Shown here one piece after another: positions 42,305-50,994 of a stretch of DNA of 64,000 bases. The stretch is from Candidatus Corynebacterium avicola (GTDB taxonomy: Bacteria > Actinomycetota > Actinomycetes > Mycobacteriales > Mycobacteriaceae), in NCBI GenBank assembly GCA_019114135.1, contig DXGC01000073.1, positions 54,905 to 118,904 of the forward strand, read 5' to 3'. The translations under genes were made by a program, and so were the position numbers. The notes beneath the pieces were generated by a model. That model did not search any database and was not told the origin of the DNA. It was given only the letters and a program-made list of their open reading frames with translations. Positions within the stretch are counted from its first letter, which is position 1, and each line of letters begins with the position of its first letter.

Positions 42305-42634
42305 ATGAGTAAGTTGCTGTCGTCCCGTACCAGTCTGACCCTGACAGAGGAACTCCGTACCCGCATCGCGGAACTCCCGGAGGACTTCGTGCCGTCCACC
42401 AGCAGTGCGTCCGAGGTGCTTCGCCAGCTCATTGAACGCGGAGTTGTGGCTGCGGAGGAGCAAGCCGCCGAACGTGCGTATGCGGATATGGCGGCGGTAG
42501 AGAGCGTGTACCGAGAGGTACATCGTCAGCGTCGGACAGAACGCGCAACTGCTCGGGAGCGTGCACTTCACGCGGAGGAAGTCAGCGGCTCTGCGCAGGC
42601 CGCCCCATATGATGCTCCGGCTGGTGGACAGTGA
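42305..42634 (+). CDS. Putative antitoxin (ribbon-helix-helix-like N-terminus)
   Basis: RTSLTLTEELRTRI (strand-helix) and SASEVLRQLIERG; 4-bp GTGA overlap with the toxin gene. Confidence 0.65.
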   Translation: MSKLLSSRTSLTLTEELRTRIAELPEDFVPSTSSASEVLRQLIERGVVAAEEQAAERAYADMAAVESVYREVHRQRRTERATARERALHAEEVSGSAQAAPYDAPAGGQ

Positions 42635-43011
42635 GCGTTCCCTTACGGGGTGAAGTCCTTGAGGTCGATCTGGGGATAGTGGAACCAGACGGGACACCAC
42701 TTCCTCCGAAGCCATGGCTCATTGTCTCGCCGAACCCGCGCAACCGGGGACTGGGGACCTTCCTCGCGGTGCGTATCACCACGACCGGCAAACACGCGGA
42801 ACTACCCACCGTGGTCGCTCTGCCGGACGGTGAGGTGGTCCACGGATGGGTGCGCTGTGACAGCCTCGAGACCATTTACCCAGAGGATCTCACCGGGAGG
42901 CGTTGGGGAGCCCTGTCCCGGGAGGCGATGCGGGACGTCGGAGCGGGGCTGGCTGCGGCCCTCGGGCTTGATGAGAACACCTTAACGTGGAGTGTAGGAC
43001 GGAGCGAGTAA
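42631..43011 (+). CDS. mazF: PemK/MazF family endoribonuclease toxin
   Basis: RGEVLEVDL, KPWLIVS, RITTT, VRCDSLETI, ALSREAMRDVGAGLAAALGL. Confidence 0.85.
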   Translation: MSVPLRGEVLEVDLGIVEPDGTPLPPKPWLIVSPNPRNRGLGTFLAVRITTTGKHAELPTVVALPDGEVVHGWVRCDSLETIYPEDLTGRRWGALSREAMRDVGAGLAAALGLDENTLTWSVGRSE

Positions 43012-43024
43012 CTACGGTGTCAAC

Positions 43025-45157
43025 CTAGTCGTTCATGTGGAGGTAGTCGTTACGGAGTTCATTCAGCGTGTGTCCGGTTTCGGCGACAGACCACCATGCC
43101 CAGCCTGGCTCTGAGCTGGTTCCTGTAACTGCCCGCGCAGCTGGAGACGGATACGCGTATTCAGTGCCGTTGAAGGCGATTTTTCCTTCACCGGTGACCT
43201 TCGCGGTAACGCCTCTCCAACGGCTGGACTGTGAGGTTGGCCGGAGCCGGGTGCCTTCCGGGAGAATCTCGTTAGTAACCAGGTCGGCGATAGTGACAAC
43301 GGCGCGCCGGCGAGCCTCTGTGTCCGAAGTTCTGGTCTCGATGTCTCGGTTAGCCACTGTGAATCCTGCCGGCACCGGCCAGATGTCCAGAATCTCACCG
43401 ATGAGTTCCTCGGTGCGCTGTTCGATTGCAGTCTCGTCCCAGTCGCCGTCAGCCAGGTTCACTGCATCTCGGGTGAGCATTACGTCATCGTACTGACGGA
43501 AAAACTCGCGTTTGGTACTCCAGGCCCCGTTGTTGACCTTACTGTTCAGCTTCTGGGTGACGAGCGTGAGATTGCCGAGCTGGTGAAGGATGGAGTCTCG
43601 GTCCGCCTGCTGGTCTTCGGTGAGGTCGGCCATCCAGTTTTTCCGCCACTTCTGCGGCATGATGTGCTCCACAGTGCCTTTGCCACGAGAGATGGGGCCC
43701 ATCGCGAGCTGTCGGCCATCGGGATAGCCGCGTCGGTTGTCCTCGAGAGCCTCGAGGACCATACGGAGGCGTGCCCGGACGTATTTGTTGAAGGCCCTGG
43801 TGCCAGTGAGTTCGCTACGGATGTCGGCGTCACTGGGCCAGTAACCCACTTTGGTCGTGTTTGAGGTGAGGTACTCGGCGAGGGCATCTGGCAGTGAGGT
43901 GTTCGGCTGGTCCTCGAGGAAACGGATGACATCAAGGACAAACCGGTTGTTGCCGGCAGAGGTGGCTTTCACCAGCATGCGACGGACGAGCCATGTTTCG
44001 AGAAGCGCCAGAACCTTTTCTCGGTCAGCACGGGGGACGTCGGCCTGCTCGGGTTCGTTGAGCCAGATGATCAACGGCCTCGCGACCTCGGAATCTAGCA
44101 GGCGGATCCGGTAACTGAACAGTTCCTCCCGGTTCAACGGTCCATTGGGGCGGGCGGCTCCCCGGATGATCTCCTGGTAACGGTCCGCTGCGACCCTGAT
44201 CTGGGGCAGGAGATCAGCGATGTCCTTGTCGATGGTCGTGACGTAGTACTTGAACTGGCGGAACACTTCCCGGATCGGGAATTCTTCAAGGGTCCTGGTG
44301 GTGAGCCACTGCCACAGAAATAGTGAGGACCGAGGGTTCTTCAAGCGACCGGAGGTGACTTCCTCCTCCCACCACTCGGCCTCGAACTGGGACCAGTATT
44401 TCCGGTATGACTCCTCGGCGGCCGCCGGATTGGTGTTCAGGTTCTGGAAGACGAAGTTCTTGATGAGGTCGGCCGCAGATAGCGGAGTACCCCGGGCATT
44501 GAGCGTCTCGAAGATCGCCTGGGCATCCTCATCGGCATTGAGCCGGATAGTGGCGATTTCCAGTCGGTCCTGAACGGCGGCGACCAGCACCCGTCCGCGA
44601 GCGAATGCTTGTTCCTCGTCCTCACCGAGCCAGGCGTCAATGGCGTTGGCGAAGTAGCTGTGCCCCTGCTCCAGTCGAGAAGTGGCGCCTTGATCGTTTG
44701 AGTCCCTGTTGCCGTTCATCGCAGCGATGAATCCAGCTCGGTCCCGGTTTGTTGGCCAGAGCTTGAACTTGTCTTCGTCGGTTTGACGGTAGTCCTCGGA
44801 GTTCTCGATCAGCGACTTGATCTGTCCAGCGAGTTTGTCCCACCCACGTCTCGTCAGGCGATTATGGAGCGCGCTCAACAGGAGCTGGAGCGTCGTCAAA
44901 CGTTGTTGTCCGTCGATGACGTTCCAGGTCTGGATACTGCCCAGCGGAGTTGGGACGAGTTGGATGACAATGGCGCCGAGGAAGTGAGTCGCTGCCTGAT
45001 TATGGTGATCGATGACATCGATGAGACGGGTGATGTCTTCCCATAATGGAGCCCACTGCTTCTCCTCTGACCAGACGTAGGGGCGCTGGAATAGAGGCAC
45101 GACGAGGCGTGTCGTTGCATGGAAGATAGCTTTGGGGCTGTGGACGTCAGTATCCAT
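43025..45157 (-). CDS. gmrSD: GmrSD-type (DUF262 + DUF1524/HNH) modification-dependent nuclease with C-terminal RAMA-like domain
   Basis: PLFQRPYVW, IDGQQRLTTL, IFETLNARG; VEHIMPQ...LGNLTLV...LNS; tail AKVTGEGKIAFNGTEYAYPSPAARAVTG...GWAWW. Confidence 0.88.
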   Translation of the reverse strand: MDTDVHSPKAIFHATTRLVVPLFQRPYVWSEEKQWAPLWEDITRLIDVIDHHNQAATHFLGAIVIQLVPTPLGSIQTWNVIDGQQRLTTLQLLLSALHNRLTRRGWDKLAGQIKSLIENSEDYRQTDEDKFKLWPTNRDRAGFIAAMNGNRDSNDQGATSRLEQGHSYFANAIDAWLGEDEEQAFARGRVLVAAVQDRLEIATIRLNADEDAQAIFETLNARGTPLSAADLIKNFVFQNLNTNPAAAEESYRKYWSQFEAEWWEEEVTSGRLKNPRSSLFLWQWLTTRTLEEFPIREVFRQFKYYVTTIDKDIADLLPQIRVAADRYQEIIRGAARPNGPLNREELFSYRIRLLDSEVARPLIIWLNEPEQADVPRADREKVLALLETWLVRRMLVKATSAGNNRFVLDVIRFLEDQPNTSLPDALAEYLTSNTTKVGYWPSDADIRSELTGTRAFNKYVRARLRMVLEALEDNRRGYPDGRQLAMGPISRGKGTVEHIMPQKWRKNWMADLTEDQQADRDSILHQLGNLTLVTQKLNSKVNNGAWSTKREFFRQYDDVMLTRDAVNLADGDWDETAIEQRTEELIGEILDIWPVPAGFTVANRDIETRTSDTEARRRAVVTIADLVTNEILPEGTRLRPTSQSSRWRGVTAKVTGEGKIAFNGTEYAYPSPAARAVTGTSSEPGWAWWSVAETGHTLNELRNDYLHMND

Positions 45158-45172
45158 GGGGTTTGTCTCCAG

Positions 45173-46191
45173 TTACGAGGCGGATGTCGGTGTTTCTGTG
45201 AGTCCGGCAATGATCTGTTGGGTTTCAACGGCCATGGTCGTGACGCGGCCGATGAGGTTGATGAGGTAGCGGGAATTATCCTGCTCGGCACGCCAGTCGA
45301 TGGGGTCGTTGGTGATGTCGGACGACTTGTCCGTCTTTAGCTGCCACCGGTCGATGATCCATCCCAGCGCGGACCGGGAACCGAGCAAGTACTCCACGGC
45401 CTCCTCCGGGATGCCGGAGATCGTGACCTTTGGGTTGTAGATGATGATGGTGGTGTAGTCGGTGAATGCCTTCGTATTCTTCCACTTCATCTTTGTGATC
45501 TGCCAGGTCTTCGGGTCATTGGGATTGGCTGTTTTCTTCACATCGATGGTCAGCGGGTAAGGCTCGGCAGTCTCGAAGTTGATGTGGAGGTCCATCAGTT
45601 CCTTGCCGGCGGTGGCGAGCGCATCGAAGCGGTCTCGATGTCCACGGCTTCCTCCTGGTGAGGGCGCAGCGTATGAGGCTTCTTCGGGGCGAGATCGACC
45701 TGCAGGGTGTTCTTCGGCCAGGCAATGTCCCAACTGACCGGGGAATCCTCCAGGTCCTTCATGCTGATGCGCGTGACCGGGATCTGCTGGCCTTCCAATG
45801 CCGCTTCGGCGTTTTTCCTCCACTTGTCGGCGGTGGAGATGATTACGCGACGGGTGAACGGAGCTTTGCCGAACTCGGTGAAAGATGAGTCGATGTCGGA
45901 CTTCGCCAGGTGGTGCTCTGGGTCGTAGAACTTGCACTGGATCGCGGCGAACTCGTCCGGCGTGCCGAACTCGGGCCCCGTCTCCGCGACATGTGCGACG
46001 ATGTCGATGCCGTTGTCACCGTGGTTGTGGCGTCCAGGCCAGTCCGGCCACCGCCACACCTGGTCGTACTGTTCGTTGAGTGTGGGGTCCAGCTCGAACC
46101 ATCGGACCATGAGTTGTTCAAACTGGGTTCCTTGCTCCGAAGTGGAACTGGAGTCACGGAATGAGTTGATCACGTCATGCACGGAGGCCAT
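45173..46191 (-). pseudogene. Type ISP restriction-modification gene remnant (N-terminal nuclease joined out of frame to C-terminal domain)
   Basis: 5' part GIDI...AIQCKFY...LRPHQEEA; different frame then FDALATAGKELMDLHINFE...IIYN...YLLGSRSALGWIIDR...NDP; helicase and MTase absent. Confidence 0.85.
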
Positions 46192-46304
46192 GATGAAGAA
46201 GTTTACTTTGCATATGCTCAGTTTTGCGGTAGGTGGAGGTGGTTAGGGGGTAGTGGGGAGGTGAAGGCCCAAGTTGGCTGATCCTCACGCTAGAGTTATT
46301 CACC

Positions 46305-49300
46305 GTGACTAATAAGAATCAGGCACTGTCCTTTGCCATTGTCGACATCGAAACCACTGGCTTCTCCAATCGTGACCGGATTATTGAGGTAGCAGTGGTT
46401 CACGCTGACGCTGACGGCACGGTCACTGGCACCTGGAGCACCCTGGTCAACCCGGATCGCGACATACCGAACAGCAACGTCCATGCCATCTGCGCCTCAG
46501 ATGTTGTCGGTGCACCTTACTTCGCTGAGATTGCTGGCGAACTGGCAGCACAGCTAGAAGGACGGGTATTCGTGGCGCACAACGTGCCCTTCGACGCGCG
46601 TCTACTTACCGCTGAATTCGACAGGCTCGGGCTGGCGGGTACTCCGTTTGCTGGTGCCAGTTTGTGCACCCTCACCTTGACAGGTCGCCTGCTCCCAGCG
46701 TCCGGTCGGGGGCTTTCTGCCGCGTTGTCTGCGGCAGGAATCGTCAACACCCACGCCCATGCTGCACTGGGAGATGCCGAAGCTACAACCGAACTCCTAC
46801 GCCATTATCTGCTGCGGGCGCCGGAGGCCGTTGCTGACCTGCTTGCCGGGGTGCATCTGGTGCCGGCGTTCAGCGGGGACTTGGCGGAACTGGTCCCGCA
46901 GGCCGGGGGTACTCCTGTCGCCCTACACAATCGGACTGCGACGGCCAGAGCTCAAGATGGTCAATGGCTCGGTCAGCTCGCCACCGGAGTGCCGGTATTG
47001 GGGCAGCCACATGTGGATGCCTATCTCGATCTGCTGGCGACTGCAATGCTCGATCGTGAACTATCCGTTCACGAGGTCGGCGAGCTCACAGATTGCGCAG
47101 TCACACTCGGTATCGGACAGGAAGAGGCGATCGATCTCCATACCGAATTCGTCCGCCAGCTTGCTGTCTTGGCCTGGGCGGATGGAGTTGTCACTGAGGA
47201 AGAAGGCGAGGAACTGCATTCCGTGGCCCGCGCTCTCGGAGTCGAAGCTCATACTGTCGACGGTTTGATCAGTGCCCAGGTAGCTGACGGTACAGTCGGA
47301 TCAAGCACGGCAGGAGGTTCCTCGCTTCGTCTTTCGCCAGGGGATCGCGTCACCTTCACCGGAGCAACTGAAGTTCCGCGAACTGCGTGGGAAGCGCGAG
47401 CGTCTGAGGCCGGCCTCGACGTAGGGGGAGTGACGAAGAAGTCCGTTCTTCTCATTGCAGCTGACCCCGACTCCCTCAGTTCCAAGGCGAAGAAGGCACG
47501 AAAACTAGGGGTGCCAGTGGTCTCGGAATCTGGATTCGCGCGTCTGCTCGGAGAGCTGGAGAACTCCGGCAGTGGGGTCGTAGACCCAAGGATGATCGTC
47601 GCTGCCTCGCACCCGGTAGCCGAGAAGCCAGAGACTGAGGGCGGTCTCGAGGACTCGATGCAGTTCGACGGAAGTAGTTTCTACGAGGATGAGGGTGAAG
47701 TGTCTACACCGGTGGTTGAACTCGGGGATGACGGGATCGGCCTCGATGCAGGCACTATGGGAAGTGCATTCGACACCGCTGCAGGTATTCTCGGATTCAT
47801 TGCCCGCACCCACGGCGGCTTGCGTAAAGCGGTGGAACACCGTGGAATCTCGGCAGTCGACGGTGAATTGCCTCCTTACGTTGAAGCGTTGCTCTCCCAA
47901 GCTGGCGAAGAGTCCGGGAGCTTTCGGATGGCACTGTCACAGAGAAGGGGGACCATCACCGAGGTTCTGTCGAGTTTCTGGGACTCCTGTGATGAGCGCG
48001 AACAACGAATCCTGCGTGATCGGATCATCGCCCAGTCTCCTGCAACTCTTGACGAGATCGGGCAGGCCTTCGGGGTGACCAGGGAGCGGGTCCGCCAACT
48101 CCAGAAGAAACTGATCGCACGACTGCAGCCCGTAATCTCCAGTGGCCCTGTCGCCGATTTTTCAGCAGGTGTCCGAGCGCACGCATACCCAGTGGGAACC
48201 CTGGAACAGGTGACTTCAATTTTCCCGGAACTGGCTACAACTCTTTCCGGTTGGGAAGCACCTCTTTGGCAGATTCTCGATGCATTTGATGATGACTTCC
48301 GGATCGATGACGGCTGGGTTTGTTTCCCCGACTTGCCGACGGCGGCGCAGCGCACAGGCAACCTCCTGGCAGCATTGGTCAACGATGAAGGTGTCGCGGA
48401 ACTGGCGCGCGTTCTCGAGAAGTCGAGCCTCGAGGATCCGACATTGCTATCGCAGTGGCTTACAACCTGTGGTTATCTCGTGTCCGGCGACCACGTACTT
48501 ACCCGGGTCGGGTCCATTCCCGCCCGGGCGGCCTCACTTTTGTCAATTGCTGGCCGACCTATGTCCGTCCCGGAGATGTACGCCAGTATCGGTACCTCCG
48601 CCTCCGAGCGGTCTTTCCGCAACGGGCTATACTGCAGCGATGAACTCACGCGCGTGAGCGTCGACCGGTGGGCTCTGGAGCGATGGGGGATGGCTGAGTA
48701 CACGGGAATCGCCGATCTTATCGGCCAGCGCGTAGATGCTGCCACCGCGGATGGTGCAGAGGGTCTCCAGCTATCTGAACTAGTCACCGAACTCTCCGGA
48801 GTGTTCGGTGTCGCTGAAAACTCTGTCGCTGCCTATGCTGCGACTGGCGACTTCACATCAACGGGTGGCGTCGTCCGGCGCCGTTCCGAGCCAAAGGTCA
48901 ACAACGCCACTCCAGAAGAATCCAACGGCGTGTACATGCATGATGGTCGCTGGTGCATCCTGGCGACTGTGACGAAGGATCATCTTCGAGGTTCAGGTAC
49001 GTATGTCCCAAATGGGATGACAGCGATGCTCGGAATGCAATGGAATGAACCGCGGCTTTTGCCAAGCGAACATGGTGAACAGCGAATCATCTGGGGAAAC
49101 ATGGGCACCAGTTCGGTCGGCTCGATCCGTCGATTCCTCATTCCCCTGCAAGTTGTGGAAGGCGACCGTATCTGGATCGACCTGCATGACGGTGAATGGT
49201 TCTCCGTGACCACCGCGCCGACGTCCCGAGCTGAAGAACTGGACGGGATGGCTTGGCTCGCTGATCACGTCGGTGCTGTACCCGGCAAGGATGACGAGGA

Positions 49301-49427
49301 ATCATACCGCGTCGTTGCCGAGGCCCTCGGCCTCGCGCCGAATGCACCGCGCCGTAAGGTGCTCGCCCGGTTCCGCCACCGCCCCGATTCCGAGGCTGTG
49401 GAGCATCTCGAACGAATCTGGATGTAG
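46305..49427 (+). CDS. Multidomain protein: DEDDh 3'-5' exonuclease + TerB-like + BRCT + sigma70 region-4 HTH + winged-HTH-like region
   Basis: VDIETTG/HNVPFD/HAALGDA; LAWADGVVTEEE; VTFTG...VTKKSVLLIAAD...KAKKARKLGVPVVSE; TLDEIGQAFGVTRERVRQL; LLSIAGRPMSVPEM; TAGAGT -10 at 46291-96. Confidence 0.8.
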   Translation: MTNKNQALSFAIVDIETTGFSNRDRIIEVAVVHADADGTVTGTWSTLVNPDRDIPNSNVHAICASDVVGAPYFAEIAGELAAQLEGRVFVAHNVPFDARLLTAEFDRLGLAGTPFAGASLCTLTLTGRLLPASGRGLSAALSAAGIVNTHAHAALGDAEATTELLRHYLLRAPEAVADLLAGVHLVPAFSGDLAELVPQAGGTPVALHNRTATARAQDGQWLGQLATGVPVLGQPHVDAYLDLLATAMLDRELSVHEVGELTDCAVTLGIGQEEAIDLHTEFVRQLAVLAWADGVVTEEEGEELHSVARALGVEAHTVDGLISAQVADGTVGSSTAGGSSLRLSPGDRVTFTGATEVPRTAWEARASEAGLDVGGVTKKSVLLIAADPDSLSSKAKKARKLGVPVVSESGFARLLGELENSGSGVVDPRMIVAASHPVAEKPETEGGLEDSMQFDGSSFYEDEGEVSTPVVELGDDGIGLDAGTMGSAFDTAAGILGFIARTHGGLRKAVEHRGISAVDGELPPYVEALLSQAGEESGSFRMALSQRRGTITEVLSSFWDSCDEREQRILRDRIIAQSPATLDEIGQAFGVTRERVRQLQKKLIARLQPVISSGPVADFSAGVRAHAYPVGTLEQVTSIFPELATTLSGWEAPLWQILDAFDDDFRIDDGWVCFPDLPTAAQRTGNLLAALVNDEGVAELARVLEKSSLEDPTLLSQWLTTCGYLVSGDHVLTRVGSIPARAASLLSIAGRPMSVPEMYASIGTSASERSFRNGLYCSDELTRVSVDRWALERWGMAEYTGIADLIGQRVDAATADGAEGLQLSELVTELSGVFGVAENSVAAYAATGDFTSTGGVVRRRSEPKVNNATPEESNGVYMHDGRWCILATVTKDHLRGSGTYVPNGMTAMLGMQWNEPRLLPSEHGEQRIIWGNMGTSSVGSIRRFLIPLQVVEGDRIWIDLHDGEWFSVTTAPTSRAEELDGMAWLADHVGAVPGKDDEESYRVVAEALGLAPNAPRRKVLARFRHRPDSEAVEHLERIWM

Positions 49428-49453
49428 CGGGGGAGAAGTGCTGACCGATACGC

Positions 49454-50806
49454 TCAGCCGAGCGATGGCAGGCCATCCTTGTAGATGAGACCGTGAACTC
49501 CAGTCGTAATATCCACTACCTGGGAAAGCGCGAAGTCGGAGGCCGCCGAGAGGTAGGCGTACGCAACATGGCGTTCGATCCCCAAGTCGGTTTCCAGGAA
49601 GTCGAGGGCATTTACCACAGCGCGGCGCATGGCGATGTTCAGATCTCGACCTTCACCATCCACTTTGCCGTCTGGATCCGAGAGACCAATAGGAATCCAT
49701 GCGTCCTCGGTCTCCCCGAACGGGTAGTTGAACGCCACCGACGGGGTAGATGCATCGCCCTTCTTGCACACAGTCAGTCGGAATGTGGTTCGTAGAGACC
49801 CTTCCATGGCTGTCAGTGCTACTTCGCCGTCCCCCATCCCGTGGTGGGGGTCACCGGTGTAGAACAAGGCGCCTTCGGCGATCACCGGGAGATAAAAAGC
49901 TGAGCCTTCGCCGAGATGGCGAATGTCGATGTTTCCGCCGCCGAGCGTCGGAGGAATTGAGTTTCGACTGTCTGCCGTCAGGTCGTCCCCACTGGTGTTG
50001 GCAACGCCCATCATGCCCATGAAGGGACGTAGCGGGAACGTCAAATCCAACGAGCCCGACGACATGACTCCCTTGCCGTCTTCTGCACGAGTGAAAACGG
50101 AGACGTTGTCGTCAGTATCAATCGGAGGCATGACCTCTGAAAGCGACATTCCTTCGGGTGCACTCGCGTCAGGAAGCTTCCTTAGCGCACCCTTGCCGTG
50201 TCGACTCGACACCACACCGTAGGGGACACGTAAGGTAGTTTCGAGAGTCTCGATCTTCAGCACGTCACCGGGCTCAGCACCTTCTACAAAGATCGGGCCT
50301 GTAACGACGTGGGGACCGTCCTTGTCGAAGTCTCGAGAAGTTCTGTCGTACTCGGCCGCAATTTCTCTCACATCATCCAATACCTCGGACTTGGCAACGC
50401 CATGCTCTCCGAACCAGGCTTCAGGGTCTCGTCCCTGGTCCTCCATGATTCCCTCATGACTGACGGTGTCGACGGTGACTGTCTCGCCTGATTTCATCCT
50501 CAGAACCGGGGCACTGTCGGTCGAGGGCAGGTAGCCCCACAAGACCTTGTCTGGTTCAGAAGCCAGGTAGTGGTCTCCGGGGATGGCTCCGTTGTGGGGC
50601 TGGAGTATCCCGCCGGGCGAAGGAGTCGTAGACGAAGCTGCTGCAGCCCTGGCCCCTGTGTCGGTGTGACTACATCCAGCTACGGCGGTTCCAGCTCCCG
50701 CTGCGCTTAGAGCGGTGGCGATCTGGAGGAATCGCCGGCGTCCGAAATTGCTGGTCAGGAGGTTTGCTGTCTCGGAGGTTGTTGGCACTCTTCTACTGGT
50801 CGGCAT
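49454..50806 (-). CDS. Acetamidase/formamidase family protein with Tat lipoprotein signal
   Basis: FGRRRFL, lipobox VAGC; HVVTGPIFVEGAEPGD, GGNID, GDPHHGMGDGEV. Confidence 0.88.
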   Translation of the reverse strand: MPTSRRVPTTSETANLLTSNFGRRRFLQIATALSAAGAGTAVAGCSHTDTGARAAAASSTTPSPGGILQPHNGAIPGDHYLASEPDKVLWGYLPSTDSAPVLRMKSGETVTVDTVSHEGIMEDQGRDPEAWFGEHGVAKSEVLDDVREIAAEYDRTSRDFDKDGPHVVTGPIFVEGAEPGDVLKIETLETTLRVPYGVVSSRHGKGALRKLPDASAPEGMSLSEVMPPIDTDDNVSVFTRAEDGKGVMSSGSLDLTFPLRPFMGMMGVANTSGDDLTADSRNSIPPTLGGGNIDIRHLGEGSAFYLPVIAEGALFYTGDPHHGMGDGEVALTAMEGSLRTTFRLTVCKKGDASTPSVAFNYPFGETEDAWIPIGLSDPDGKVDGEGRDLNIAMRRAVVNALDFLETDLGIERHVAYAYLSAASDFALSQVVDITTGVHGLIYKDGLPSLG

Positions 50807-50841
50807 GATCCCGGACTGTAGTTATCGGGCATTGCTGTGCC

Positions 50842-50857
50842 GTTTCTCTCGCGTAAC
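50842..50857 (-). promoter_or_regulatory. GlnR-box-like site (GTTAC-n6-GAAAC) upstream of the amidase gene
   Basis: Minus strand GTTACgcgagaGAAAC just upstream of TACAGT (-10, 50815-20) and ATG 50806. Confidence 0.4.
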
Positions 50858-50994
50858 AGGAAACGTTCTGCGAAAGCCGAGCAAGTAGAGCACAAATCGT
50901 CCTAACCAATGCGAGCAATTCCTGCGTTACGCCAGTCGTCGCCGATCGCATAGGGCTGTCTAAATTGTGTTCTCGAACTCGCAGTGAACGGGTG

